Of a stretch of DNA of 64,000 nt, positions 13,993 through 24,647 are shown in pieces. Source of the stretch: an uncultured Verrucomicrobiae bacterium (GTDB lineage Bacteria; Verrucomicrobiota; Verrucomicrobiia; Chthoniobacterales; Chthoniobacteraceae). Made by a program: the position numbers and the translations under genes. The stretch is taken from NCBI GenBank assembly GCA_963769025.1, contig CAVYKI010000010.1, positions 224,001 through 288,000 of the forward strand. Reading direction: 5' to 3'. How positions within the stretch are numbered: the stretch's first letter is position 1; every line of letters begins with the position of its first letter. The notes beneath the pieces were generated by a model. That model had not been told where the DNA came from and made no database searches. It worked only from the letters and a program-made list of their open reading frames with translations.

Positions 13993-14552
13993 ACCGTGCG
14001 CGCCACCGAAGCACGGGCGCCCTCCAGTTGATCAAGCAGCGATGTGGCGGCGCCGAGCAGCGCGTGACCCTCCATGGGTTCCGCGGTCGGCGCGAATTTC
14101 GCGCGATCGCAGTCCGAGAGAAAATGCCACGCGGCGTTGACGAGGTCGGAGGGACACGATCGGCGCGTCGCGAGCCCGCTCACGACTTCCTCGGAAGTCA
14201 GCCCGTTTCCATCGAGCCCGAACGCATCCACCGCATAGCGCCGCACGATCGCCGACACGGCCAGCGGAGTTGCCTTCGAAGGCTCGGCGCCCAGCGCATC
14301 GAGTTCCCGCTGAGCGATCGCGTGCGCGTCCGGCGGAGGCGCAGGCGGTTTGCGGCGCGGCCAGCACAGCCACGCGAGGACCAGCCCGGCAGCCACGCCG
14401 GCCAGCATCCATTTTTGGCGGTTGCGCTCAATGGTCGGAGCCGGGAGTTCCGGGCGCGGCGGGCGAAGGTCCGACATCGGCTCGGCCTTGATCGCACCCA
14501 GCGCCGTGAGCGGCGCAAGTGAGAGGGCGGCTGCGAGGACGGCGCGTTTCAT
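13989..14552 (-). CDS. Bat-operon membrane protein (DUF4381-like)
   Basis: Signal peptide + TM, LTSEE and DRAKFA motifs; lies between DUF58 and batA. Confidence 0.6.
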   Translation of the reverse strand: MKRAVLAAALSLAPLTALGAIKAEPMSDLRPPRPELPAPTIERNRQKWMLAGVAAGLVLAWLCWPRRKPPAPPPDAHAIAQRELDALGAEPSKATPLAVSAIVRRYAVDAFGLDGNGLTSEEVVSGLATRRSCPSDLVNAAWHFLSDCDRAKFAPTAEPMEGHALLGAATSLLDQLEGARASVARTV

Positions 14553-15448
14553 CGGCGGCGGCGGTGTTCGAAGAAGCGCTGCAGCATCGCCGCGTGGTCA
14601 TCCCCCGCGCCGAGCCGGATGATGTCCACGCCGGACTGCATCAGCGCGCGGTCGAGCTTCTCCTGCATCTCCACCGCACCCGCGGCGAAGGCATCGCGCA
14701 CCGACTCGCGCGTCGAATCCACCTCGAGCACCTCGCCCGTCTCCAAGTCCTCGACCATGAGCAGACCGGATTCCGGAAGCGCGCGCTCCCGCGCATCCTG
14801 CAACTGGAGGCATACGAGATCGTGCCGCGCATTCGTGCGCCCGACTTCCTGGAAGATGTCGCGGTGTCCTTCGCCCTCGCCGAAGCTGTGGAGGAAATCA
14901 GTGATCAGAAACACGATCGAGCGCCGGTGGACGACGTGGTTGAGGAACGAGAGCGCCGCCTGGATGCTCGTGCCCCTGCGCCGCGGACGATGCACCAGCG
15001 CCTCGCGGATCACGCGCAGCAGATGCCGCCGCCCTTTCCGCGGCGGGAGAAAAAGCTCCACCTCGTCGCTGAACAGCAGCAGCCCGACCTTGTCGCCATT
15101 CCGCATCGCGGAAAATGCGAGCGTCCCCGCGACTTCGGTCGCAAATTCGCGCTTCGTCCGTTCCGAAGATCCGAAATCGCCCGACGCCGAAATATCCAGC
15201 ACGAGCACGACGGACAGCTCCCGTTCCTCGCGGTGCAGCTTCACGAATGGCCGGCGCATGCGCGCCGTCACGTTCCAGTCGATCGCCCGCACATCATCGC
15301 CGGGCACGTATTCGCGCAGCTCCTCGAAATCCATCCCGCGCCCTTTGAACTGCGAGTGATACGCGCCAACCATCAGGTCGTTCGCGAGCTTGCTCGTCCG
15401 AAGTTCGACACGGCGGACGCGTGCGAGGATGTCGCTGGAGGTGATCAT
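14549..15448 (-). CDS. DUF58 family protein
   Basis: GRGMDFEELREYVPGDDVRAIDWNVTAR signature. Confidence 0.92.
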   Translation of the reverse strand: MITSSDILARVRRVELRTSKLANDLMVGAYHSQFKGRGMDFEELREYVPGDDVRAIDWNVTARMRRPFVKLHREERELSVVLVLDISASGDFGSSERTKREFATEVAGTLAFSAMRNGDKVGLLLFSDEVELFLPPRKGRRHLLRVIREALVHRPRRRGTSIQAALSFLNHVVHRRSIVFLITDFLHSFGEGEGHRDIFQEVGRTNARHDLVCLQLQDARERALPESGLLMVEDLETGEVLEVDSTRESVRDAFAAGAVEMQEKLDRALMQSGVDIIRLGAGDDHAAMLQRFFEHRRRR

Positions 15449-15514
15449 TTCTCAGCTGCCGCGCCAATGGGGTTTGCCGAGGTGCAACGGTGCCCACCAA
15501 CCCGGCTGCGGGCG

Positions 15515-16507
15515 CTACGGCACGGGGACATTGTCGAAGATCCGCTTCACGATTCCGTCGCCGGTCATGCCCTGCGCCTCGGCTTCGTAGGTGAGGATGA
15601 TGCGGTGGCGGAGCACGTCGGCGCCGATGGCCTTCACGTCGCCGGGCGTCACGTAGCTGCGGCCCTGCAGGAGCGCCCATGCCTTTGCGGCGAGGGTGAG
15701 ATTGATCGTCGCGCGCGGGCTCGCGCCGAACTGGATCAGCGGGCGCAGGTCGGCGAGCTGGTATTTCTGCGGGTCGCGCGAGGAAAAGACGACATGCACG
15801 ATGTAGTCGCGCACCTTTTCGTCCACGTGGATGCTGTCCACGACTTTGCGCGTGGCGAGGATGTCGCTGAGTTCGATGACCCGCTCCACGTCGAGATTCG
15901 GCTTCGTGAATGCCATCGTGTCGAGGATGCGCCGCTCCTCCTCGAAAGTCGGGTAGCCCACGAGCACCTTCAACATGAAGCGGTCCACCTGCGCCTCGGG
16001 CAGCGGGTAGGTGCCTTCCTGGTCGATCGGATTTTCCGTCGCGAGCACGAGGAAGGGCACGGGCAGCGCGTCCGCCTTTCCGCCGAGCGTGACCTGCCGC
16101 TCCTGCATCGCCTCGAGCAGCGCGCTCTGCACTTTCGCGGGCGCGCGGTTGATTTCGTCGGCGAGGACGATGTTGGCAAAAACGGGGCCGCGCGTGACGT
16201 GATACTGCCCGTCGCCGGGATTGTAGATGAGCGTGCCGATGATGTCCGCCGGCAGCAGATCGGGCGTGAACTGCACCCGGCTGAACGTGGCGTGAATCGC
16301 CGACGCGAGCGTGCGCACCGCGAGCGTCTTGGCGAGGCCGGGAACGCCTTCGAGCAGCACGTGGCCGTTCGCGAGCAGGCCGACGAGGAGGCGGTCGATC
16401 AGGTATTGCTGGCCGACGACGACCTTGCCGACGACTTCGCGCAGGCGGTTGACCCATGCCGTGGCGTTGCGGACGCTGGCGTTCAGTTCATCGAGGGATT
16501 CGCTCAT
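15515..16507 (-). CDS. moxR: MoxR-family AAA+ ATPase
   Basis: GHVLLEGVPGLAKT, RVQFTPDLLPAD, ADEINRAPAKVQSALLEAMQE, EGTYPLPEAQVDRF. Confidence 0.95.
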   Translation of the reverse strand: MSESLDELNASVRNATAWVNRLREVVGKVVVGQQYLIDRLLVGLLANGHVLLEGVPGLAKTLAVRTLASAIHATFSRVQFTPDLLPADIIGTLIYNPGDGQYHVTRGPVFANIVLADEINRAPAKVQSALLEAMQERQVTLGGKADALPVPFLVLATENPIDQEGTYPLPEAQVDRFMLKVLVGYPTFEEERRILDTMAFTKPNLDVERVIELSDILATRKVVDSIHVDEKVRDYIVHVVFSSRDPQKYQLADLRPLIQFGASPRATINLTLAAKAWALLQGRSYVTPGDVKAIGADVLRHRIILTYEAEAQGMTGDGIVKRIFDNVPVP

Positions 16508-16607
16508 AGTGGGAAAAGTCGCGCCCGTGCGATGGGCGGCGTAAAGACAGCGGAAAGCGCACTTTCGGCAAGAAGAGAAACGTCAGTGCCGCCGCGAGCG
16601 CGCACCT

Positions 16608-17306
16608 TCACGAGCGCTTGTAGTGCAGGCTCAGGGTGTGGAACGCCTGCCCGCTGTCGTCCACCGCGAGGCGGAAATAGATCAGCTCCACGGCGGTGTT
16701 GTTGCGGTTCCATTTGTAGCCCACGAGCGTCTGCGTCGCCTTGCCGTCCGGCGTGGGCGTGCTGGAACGCACGAGCTGGTGGCCGGGTCCGTAGAGACGC
16801 TCGAGCATCTGGCGTTTTTCCGAAAGGCACGCGCCGTATTTCTCCTCATCCCAGCCGTCCTGCTCGTATTGCAACTCCACCTCCACGAGCTGCCCGCCCG
16901 TGAGCATGTCGCGCACCTTGCCGTTCGCGCCCTTTTCCTTGGAAATCGTGCCGCCCTCGAAATGGAAGAGCACGCGGCGAAGCTCGGGCGGCTTCGGGGC
17001 GGCCGGGTCGGAAGGATTCGGCTTTTTGAATCCGCCCGCCGTCACGATCCACTGCCGGTCCAGCCTCCGACGCTCGTTGATGGAAAGCTTCGCCGTCTCG
17101 ATCTTCACCTCGAGCCGCTCCGAAGGCTCATGCCACATGAGGCTGAATGGCGGGTGAATCTCCCGCTCCTGCGGGGCCACCGCCGGGGCTGGCGTGGGCG
17201 TGGGCGTCGGTGTCGCCTTTTTCGGCTTTTGCGCCGACGCAGGCATCGCCACGGCCAGCATCAGGCCGGCAAGCATCCAGCGGTGAAGGTCGGTGGCAGT
17301 TCGCAT
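16608..17306 (-). CDS. Hypothetical exported protein
   Basis: Signal peptide ending ASA, then a (PT)n linker; no recognised domain. Confidence 0.65.
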   Translation of the reverse strand: MRTATDLHRWMLAGLMLAVAMPASAQKPKKATPTPTPTPAPAVAPQEREIHPPFSLMWHEPSERLEVKIETAKLSINERRRLDRQWIVTAGGFKKPNPSDPAAPKPPELRRVLFHFEGGTISKEKGANGKVRDMLTGGQLVEVELQYEQDGWDEEKYGACLSEKRQMLERLYGPGHQLVRSSTPTPDGKATQTLVGYKWNRNNTAVELIYFRLAVDDSGQAFHTLSLHYKRS

Positions 17307-17425
17307 CGTAATCAAGGTCGCCCGGCGCGCCGTCCCACTGCAATCCCAAACCCGTCCCCCGCAGGGCGAGAAGCAGCCGGCATGGCCCACTGCGCTTCAC
17401 CGGAGCCTCCCGGCACGCTGCGTCC

Positions 17426-19238
17426 CTATTTTCCGGCCCCGTACAGCGGCCAGAAAAGCGGGACCAGCACGAGCACCAGGATGGCCAGCGTCACCGTGAG
17501 CAGCGCGCCGACCTTTGCGAAGTCCCGGAACTTATATTTTCCCGGTCCGTACACGAGGATGCACGACGGCTCGAAGGGGGTGATGAAGGAGACCGACGCG
17601 GCGAGCATGATGGCGATGGCGAAGGTGCGCTCGTTTGCACCGAGGACGCGCGCCGTCTCCATCGCCACCGGCAGCACCACGAGTGCGGCGGCGGCGTTGG
17701 ACATCGGTTGCGTGAGGAGGATGGTCAGCACGAAGAAGCCGGCGAGGATCGCCATCACGCCCCATGGTTTGAGGACTGCGACGATCCATTGTGCGAGCAT
17801 GGTGTCGGCGCCGGTCTGGTCGATCGCCACGCCGAAGGCGGTCATGCCGCCGATCAGGATCAGCAGCCGCCAGTCGATGAACTGGTAGGCGCGCTCGATG
17901 GGGATGCAGCGGCAGAGGACCGCGAGGACCGCCGCCGCGAGGAGGCTCATTGAGACCGGGACGAGGCCCAGTCCGCCGAGCACCAGTGCGATGATGAAAA
18001 AACCGGCGGTGTAAATGCCCCTGCGCTTGGTCACGACGGCCGGAGGCAGCTCCGCCAGGACGGCCAGTTCGCGCTGGCGCTGCAGGGCTTCCAGGCGCGC
18101 CTTCGGTCCCTGCACCAGCAGGAGATCGCCGACCCGCAGCCGGACCGCCCCGATTCTCTTGCGAAGATTCTGCCCGCGCCGATGCACCGCGAGCACGGTC
18201 AGCCCGTGTTCCTGCCGGAAGTCGGCCTCGATGAGCGTGCGGCCGATCAGACTTCGACTGCGGCGATACGAGGACCTCGACGATGATTGCGTCCTCATCC
18301 ACCAACCCTGTGTCGCCGAGCTTCCAGTCCGGCTTGATCTCGATGCCTTCCGTGGCTTTCACCTTCAACAGTGTTTCGAGGTCCCCGGTGACAAGGAGCG
18401 TGTCGCCGTCCTCGATGGTCGAGCGGGCATCGGGCGAGAAGCTCTCCGCACCGCGCAGCACCTTGAGGATCCGGAAATCCATGGTCGCGAGATCCGAGCG
18501 GAAGAACTTTTGCCCGATGAGCGGAGAACCGGGGAGAATGACGATTTCGCTCAGGTATTCCCGGATCGCGTCGCCCTCCGCGAGGCTCTCGACCGGATGC
18601 GAAGGCAGGAGGCGTTTGCCGATGAGCATGATGTAGGCGATGCCCACGGCGAGGATGATGAGGCCGATGGGCGTGATTTCGAACATGCCGAGCGGCTTCA
18701 TCCCCGATCGCGCGATAAACCCGCTCACAGCCACATTCGTGGACGTGCCGATGAGCGTGCAAGTCCCTCCGAGGATCGAGGCAAAGGCCATCGGCAGGAG
18801 AAGTCTCGATGCGCTGACCTTGGCCTTCCTCGCCAGGCCCATGACCGGGCCGACGAGCATGGCGGTCACCGTGGTGTTGTTCATGAAAGCTGAGGTGCCG
18901 CCGACCCCGCCCATCAGCAGCAAAAGCAGACGGTTCTCCCCTCCCTTGGCCAGCTTCACGAGCCGGGCCCCGATGGCATCCACGACGCCCGTGTCCTGCA
19001 GTGCGCCGCTGAGCACGAAGATCGATGCGAGGATGATGATGATCTCGTCGCTGAATCCTTGGAACGCATCCGAGACCGAAAGCACGCCGGAACCCACCAG
19101 CGCGAGCAGCAGGATCAGCGTGATGATGTCCACCGAGATGATCTCGATGGCAAACAGCACGACCGCGACCACGAGCAGTCCGAGCACGAAGGGGATTTTC
19201 CAGTTATCAGGAAGGGCGAGAGCCAGCACAGCAGTCAT
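17426..19238 (-). CDS. SLC13/CitMHS-type anion permease with TrkA-C domains (one frameshift near 18254)
   Basis: SAFMNNT, GGTCTLIGTSTN, MSNAAAA motifs split over ORFs 17532..19238 and 17426..18298. Removing one base restores PQSSLIGR. Confidence 0.85.
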
Positions 19239-19335
19239 TCGAAGCAGTCTTTCGTAGGCGGCATGCCGCCCGGATGGGCGGCATTAAAAAGGACGTCGTT
19301 GGAAATTCTCAGTCCCCCGAACCTGCGAGGGGGAG

Positions 19336-19418
19336 TGGGCAGAGATGGATTCGAACCATCGAAGGCGTAAGCCAGCGGATTTACAGTCCGCCCCGTTTGG
19401 CCACTTCGGTATCTACCC
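19336..19418 (-). tRNA. tRNA-Tyr (GTA)
   Basis: GGGTAGA/TCTGCCC acceptor stem, CTGTAAA anticodon loop, long variable arm, GGTTCGAATCC; CCA not encoded. Confidence 0.97.
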
Positions 19419-19503
19419 GTTTTCGGTGAGGGGTGCCGTGCTTATACGCGCGGCGCGTGCGGCGCAAGGGTTTCGCGGGGAAAATTCTCCGCGCACCGCG
19501 GCA

Positions 19504-20148
19504 TCAGAAAGGCCACAGGTGACGCAGGAGCGACTTTTTCTCCGGCGCGGCACCGGGCTTCGGAGCCGCAGGCGGCGCGGGAAGTTTTTCGCGGGGGATG
19601 ATGCTCACCTTCTTCAGGATGATGCGTTCGATCGGATAGTCGTTCGTGTCGGCGGAACGGTTCGAGATGGATTCGAGGACATTGAGGCCGCTGATCACGT
19701 TGCCGAAGACCGTGTATTTTCCGTCGAGCTGCGACTGCGGGGAAATGCAGACGTAGAACTGGCTGCCGTTCGAGCGGCGCTGCGGGTTCACCTTGTCGCC
19801 GATGCGCGCGGCGGCGACCGCGCCTTTCGTGTGCTTGCGGCGAATCTCCGGCGCCAGCGTGTAGCCGGGCCCGCTGGTGCCGACGGCGGTGCGGTCCTTC
19901 TTTTTGCTCAGCGGATCGCCGGTCTGCACGATGGCTCCCGGGATGGCGCGGTGAAAGGCGCAGCCGTTGTAGAATCCCTTCTTCGCGAGCTTCTTGAAAT
20001 TCGCGACCGTCGCGGGCGCGTCCGCTTCGTAAAACTCGATGGCCGCCTGCCGGGTCGTGCCGTCTTCGAAGCGGATATCGAGCAAGGCGACATCGTCGGC
20101 GCGCACGACGGCGCAGAGCGCGAGGAGGAGTAGGAGCGTTTTTTTCAT
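19504..20148 (-). CDS. Cyclophilin-type peptidyl-prolyl isomerase, exported
   Basis: [39 protein letters not shown]. Confidence 0.92.
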   Translation of the reverse strand: MKKTLLLLLALCAVVRADDVALLDIRFEDGTTRQAAIEFYEADAPATVANFKKLAKKGFYNGCAFHRAIPGAIVQTGDPLSKKKDRTAVGTSGPGYTLAPEIRRKHTKGAVAAARIGDKVNPQRRSNGSQFYVCISPQSQLDGKYTVFGNVISGLNVLESISNRSADTNDYPIERIILKKVSIIPREKLPAPPAAPKPGAAPEKKSLLRHLWPF

Positions 20149-21108
20149 GGGATAAATGGGAGCGGATGGACAGCGATGCGCACCGGTGCGCCGTCTGAGT
20201 CAGGCGCTTCCGGCGCGGCGGCGAGGAATTCCCCGCCCGCGGCATCCCTGCGCAGGTAGCCGAGCGCGATATGGCGGTCGAGCGCGAAACTGAACGCGGC
20301 ACTCGTGAGCCGTCCGAGATCGCGCGACGGCTCCGCCGCGGAGAAAATGCGCGCGCCCGCCGCGAGCGGCACGCCATCCGTCGAGACGAACCCGCGCAGT
20401 TCGCGGTTCACGTGGCCGACGCTCTTCAGCCGCGAGATGACCTCCTGGCCGATGTAGCAGCCCTTGTGAAAATCGATGTGCGTGCGGTCGAGCCCCGCCT
20501 CCGGCGGGCAGCGTGCTCTCGTCGAGCTCGAAGCCCCAGCGCGGCACGCCGTGCTCGATGCGGATGAGTTCCAGCAGCGCCTCGGAAAGGACAGGCAGAT
20601 TCGCGGTGATTTTCTCCCACACGGGCGGCAGATCTTTTCGGAATGGCGGGAAGAAATCGAACCCGGCGACACCGAACCGGTTCGACGGCACGAGGCCGGC
20701 GCGGATTTCCTCCGGCACTGCGTCCGGCTTCATTCCGGCGAAATGGACAATCGCGATGCTCTCCCTCACGTCCTCCATCGTCACATCGTCCGCGATGATG
20801 TAGCGCTCCAGTCGCCCGGGGAGCACCTCGGCGACCGCAGGATCGGCGTCCACGAGCACGCCCGACGGGCCGATGCTCACGAAGACATCCGCGCACAGCC
20901 GTCCCTTCGCGGTGGTCACGCAGGCGGGAATGACGGAGGGGCATTTTGCCCCGGCGATGTTCGCCGTCACCTGGCCGTTGATGTAGCGGATGCGGTCGCC
21001 GCCCGTGAAAAGCAGCTTCACGCGCGAGGCCAAATCCACGACACCGCCGCGTTCGCGGAATGCGCGGTATTCCGCGGCTCCCGCGCCATTCTCCGGCGTC
21101 ACGCTCAT
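20145..21108 (-). CDS. ygfZ: YgfZ/GcvT-family folate-binding Fe-S repair protein (frameshift near 20507)
   Basis: KGCYIGQE signature in ORF 20145..20672; N-terminal half in 20200..21108. Confidence 0.85.
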
Positions 21109-21995
21109 TCGGCGGCTGGTGCCTTCGGCGGGGCCGCGTGGTGGTGGTTGTCGTAGAGCTTCGCGACGGCGGCGTAATCGAGATCGCCCCAGCCCTTCAT
21201 CACCGCGCCGTACATCACGCCGCCGACCGTGCTGGTCGCGGGCACGTCGAGCTCCAGCTTATTCGCCAGCTCGATGCCGAGCTGCACGTCCTTGAACATG
21301 TGCTTCAGCGAAAAATGCGGCGCGTAGTCGCCGTTGAGCATCAGCGGCAGCTTCAGATCCGTCACGCCGCTGCGCATCGCGTTGTTTTCGATGGCCTCGG
21401 CGAGCGCCTCCGGGCGGATGCCCGAGCGCTTCACGATGGCGAGCGCCTCGGCAAGCGTCTGCGCGGTCACGGCGCTGATGAGATTGGTGACGACCTTCAC
21501 CACCGCCGCCTGGCCGATTTCGCCGATCCGGATGATTGCCTTGCTCGTCGCCTCGAGGACCGGTTTCGCCCGCAGGAAATCCTGGTCCTCGCCCCCGATG
21601 TAATACACGAGCTGACGCTTGTCCGCCGCGCCCTTGCTCCCCGTGAAAGGCGCATCGAGAAACCGCGCGCCGAGCTGCCGCACGCGCTCCGCCGCGGCCT
21701 TCGTGCCTTCGAGGCCGATGGTCCCGTTGCACACGATGAGGTGCTGCGCCGTGAGTGCCGGGGCGAGCGCCTCGATCGTCTCCATCACCGCCCGTGCATC
21801 GGCGACGAAAAGCTGGATGATCTCGCACTCCTGCGCGACCTCGGCCGGAGAGCCGAGGAAATTGGGCGCGGGCTTCGGCGTGCGGTTCCACACGCTGGTG
21901 TTGAACCCCGCATGCCGCAGGCCCGCCGCCACGCGCGCGCCGATGATCCCGAGTCCGATGACGCCGACGTTCTTCTTCTTGTTCGATTGGCTCAT
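21105..21995 (-). CDS. NAD(P)-dependent beta-hydroxyacid dehydrogenase (3-hydroxyisobutyrate dehydrogenase family)
   Basis: GLGIIG, WNRT, FLDAPFTGS, FSLKHMFKD. Confidence 0.88.
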   Translation of the reverse strand: MSQSNKKKNVGVIGLGIIGARVAAGLRHAGFNTSVWNRTPKPAPNFLGSPAEVAQECEIIQLFVADARAVMETIEALAPALTAQHLIVCNGTIGLEGTKAAAERVRQLGARFLDAPFTGSKGAADKRQLVYYIGGEDQDFLRAKPVLEATSKAIIRIGEIGQAAVVKVVTNLISAVTAQTLAEALAIVKRSGIRPEALAEAIENNAMRSGVTDLKLPLMLNGDYAPHFSLKHMFKDVQLGIELANKLELDVPATSTVGGVMYGAVMKGWGDLDYAAVAKLYDNHHHAAPPKAPAAE

Positions 21996-22058
21996 GAGCT
22001 GAAAATTTCCGACCTCAATCCAGCAGGAACGCCGCCGCCCCGCAACAGGGGGAAAGTG

Positions 22059-23099
22059 CTACTTCTTCGCGGGGGCCGGCGCCGGGGCATCGCCAGCGGC
22101 GATGTTCAGCTTCACGTCCGCCTTTTGGCGCATCACCGCGATCAGCTCGTCGATCGCCAGCCGCTTCCGCTCGCGCGAGAGGTAGGAGACAATCTGCGGC
22201 TTCGCCTCCTCGAACGGCTGCTTACCGACGGCCTTCCGATCCGTCACCTTGATGATGTGGTAGCCAAATTCCGAGCGGACAGGCTCCGGCGAGACCTCGT
22301 CCTTTTGCAGCTTGAACGCCGCCGCAGCGAACGGCTCGACCATCGCACCCTGGCGCGGGAAAAAGCTCAGGTCACCGCCGCGCTCCGCCGCGCCGGGCTC
22401 CTCGCTCAGCTCGCCCGCGAGCTTCGCAAAGTCCTCCTTCTTCGCACGCACCACCGCCGCCTCGGCCTTTTTCAACGTCTCGGTAACCTTCTCAGGCGTC
22501 GCGTCGGGCGTGAGCCGGAACAGGATGTGGCTCGCGCGCACCTGCTCGGGCTGCTCGAAATGCTGCGGGTTCTTGTCGTAAAATTCCTTCGCCTCCGCGT
22601 CCGTCGCGTCCGCAGCCTTGCCCTTGAGCTGGTCGTCCACCCACTGCCGCTGCTGCATGCGCTTCGCGATGTCCGCTTTCAGCGACTCGATCGTCATGCC
22701 CATCTGCGCGAGTTCCTTCTTCACATCCTCGACGCTCGCCTTGCGCGCCTCGCGGATTTTTTCAAATTCCGCATCCACGGTCGCCGGTTCGACCTTCACC
22801 GACGCAGCGGCCTTCGTCACCAGCCGCTCGTTGATCATGTCGTCCAGAATCATCTTCAGCACGCCCGGCTTCTGGTCCGGCGGCACCGAATCCACCTGCA
22901 TCCCGCGGCTCGCCGCAGCGCGCGCGAACGCCTGCTCCACCTCCGCATTCGTGATCGGCTCGCCATTCACCGTCGCCGCCAGTTCAGCCGGCAATCCGCC
23001 CGGCCCCTTCGCCGAGACGGGCTTGCTTTCAGCCACCGCAAAGGCGGCGGCGGCGATGGAGACGGCGATTGCGAGGCATTGCGAACGGTGGGTTTTCAT
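22059..23099 (-). CDS. Parvulin-type PPIase/foldase (PrsA/SurA-like), exported
   Basis: Signal peptide, ATVNGEPIT, VRASHIL, GGDL, SEFGYHII. ATG at 23099. Confidence 0.9.
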   Translation of the reverse strand: MKTHRSQCLAIAVSIAAAAFAVAESKPVSAKGPGGLPAELAATVNGEPITNAEVEQAFARAAASRGMQVDSVPPDQKPGVLKMILDDMINERLVTKAAASVKVEPATVDAEFEKIREARKASVEDVKKELAQMGMTIESLKADIAKRMQQRQWVDDQLKGKAADATDAEAKEFYDKNPQHFEQPEQVRASHILFRLTPDATPEKVTETLKKAEAAVVRAKKEDFAKLAGELSEEPGAAERGGDLSFFPRQGAMVEPFAAAAFKLQKDEVSPEPVRSEFGYHIIKVTDRKAVGKQPFEEAKPQIVSYLSRERKRLAIDELIAVMRQKADVKLNIAAGDAPAPAPAKK

Positions 23100-23336
23100 A
23101 ATGAGGCGCGGACGCTTGCACGGCTCCCCGCCCGTGGCGAGGGGTTTTGCGCAAAAATTCCGGTGCGCGCCCCGGATAGTTTGAGCGTCGGGAAACTGCA
23201 TGGCGACCGTGCTCAAATGCAGGGTCAACTGCGTGCGAGAATTCTTCGGGGCACTGCTCAACTGCGCGGCGTTGATCGCACCGCGCAGAGCAGGACGACC
23301 TCCCCCACTCCTCACGCCCGTGCGCAAAAAGCGGAA

Positions 23337-23501
23337 CTAGTGACCGGTCGCCCGCTCGAGATGCTGGCCCGTGTGCTCCACATCGCGGCCTACGCCACGA
23401 ATCGTGTTGCAGCCCGTGCTCGCGATGCTGACCAGTGCTGCAGCCAGAAAAAGAAGGGCGAACCGGACATGGGCTTTGGTTTTCGGTGTCTTTGTTTTCA
23501 T
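23337..23501 (-). CDS. Entericidin EcnA/B-family lipoprotein (54 aa, not in ORF track)
   Basis: Translates MKTKTPKTKAHVRFALLFLAAALVSIASTG-CNTIRGVGRDVEHTGQHLERATGH*: lipobox-like STGC and CNTxxGxGxD motif. Confidence 0.85.
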   Translation of the reverse strand: MKTKTPKTKAHVRFALLFLAAALVSIASTGCNTIRGVGRDVEHTGQHLERATGH

Positions 23502-23615
23502 ACCTCCTTATTCGCAAGCTCACCGCGAAGTGGTCGTAAGAAACCGTCCCGGAAATGCTGCGCGCCACAGTCCTACTCGCCTCCGGCTGTCCGGTGGCGA
23601 TGCGGTCTGAAGACC

Positions 23616-24563
23616 CTACGCGACCGATCGGGACGCGCGTGCTCCCGCGCTTCGGGTCGTCCGCGCCGGCGGTCTGGCAGCTCCATTCGAATCAGCGGCG
23701 GCGATGAATTTTTCCACGACCGTGGAAGCCGCTCCGACCCGGCACGCGGCACCGACGACGATCGGCGCGGAGTCGGGTGTCAGTGAAAGAATTTTCAGGC
23801 GCGGCCCGACCATGCACGCCATGCAACCGGCGACCAGGGCGACGCCTCGGCCGGATTCCACCGCGGCGATGAGGCTCGTCACGCTGTCGTGCTCCTCGAC
23901 GATCATGCGGTCCGGCGCCGAGCGGCGCGAAGAGCGCGGCGAGGGCATGCGTGGTATTCGGGATAGTCGGCGCGGCTGTAGGCGATGAGTGGCTCGGCTG
24001 CGATCCGGGCGAGGCTGACCGACTTCTGCGCGCGAGGCGTATCGCCGGGCGGGAAGGCGACGCACATCGGGTAGCGAGCGATTTCGTGAAAGCGCAGGCC
24101 GCGGAGTTGAGCGCCTTGGGGTTGCACCATCAGCGCGAGTTGCAGCCGGCCCTCGCGCAGCCCGGCGAGCATTTCCTCCGTCGAGAGATCATGCAGGGCG
24201 ACGCGCACCTTGGGGAACTCGGCCTGGAAGCGGCGCAACGCGCGCGGAAGAATTGCGACGGTGAGCGACGGAGCGTAGCCGACATGAATTCGCCCGCCGT
24301 TCCATCCGCCGCGGCCGCACCGTGGCAACGGCTTCCTCGGCGCGCTGGAGCACGGCGCGAGCCTCCGCGAGGAAGACGCGGCCCGGCTCGGTGAGGCGCA
24401 CGGCCTTCGCGCTGCGCTCGAGAAGCGTGACACCGAGCTCGTCTTCGAGATCGCGGATCTGCCGGCTCACTGCGGGCTGCGCGACGCGCAGTTTCGCGGC
24501 GGCGCGCGTGACATTTTCCGCCTCAGCCACGGCGACGAAGTAACGCAGATGACGGAGTTCCAT
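23616..24563 (-). CDS. LysR-family regulator, BenM/AlsR/HcaR-like (several frameshifts)
   Basis: MELRHLRYFVAVAE...AQPAVSRQIRDLEDELG HTH; substrate-binding pieces in ORFs 23903..24433 and 23616..24065. Confidence 0.88.
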
Positions 24564-24573
24564 GCACGGCGAG

Positions 24574-24611
24574 CATGCCTTTCGCGCATGGTAAGGCAAG
24601 GAACATGGTAT
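24574..24611. promoter_or_regulatory. Putative LysR operator in the divergent lysR/pirin promoter
   Basis: CATGC-N7-GCATG dyad (T-N11-A) at 24574-24590 and a GTAT half-site at 24608-24611. Confidence 0.65.
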
Positions 24612-24647
24612 TTCCGCAGCGCGGCGCTCGCGGGCTAAGGTCGGCCC

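Noticed and set aside
17426..19336. Islet at tRNA-Tyr carrying the SLC13 permease
   Set aside because: No repeat of the tRNA 3' end found beyond the gene.
21060..23786. 908-aa plus-strand ORF, and similar long ORFs at 14519..16903, 26517..28982, 41067..43112 and 48206..50290
   Set aside because: Mostly antisense shadows of well-supported genes in high-GC DNA; Arg/Ala-rich with no motifs, apart from a short frameshifted alr piece in 41067..43112.
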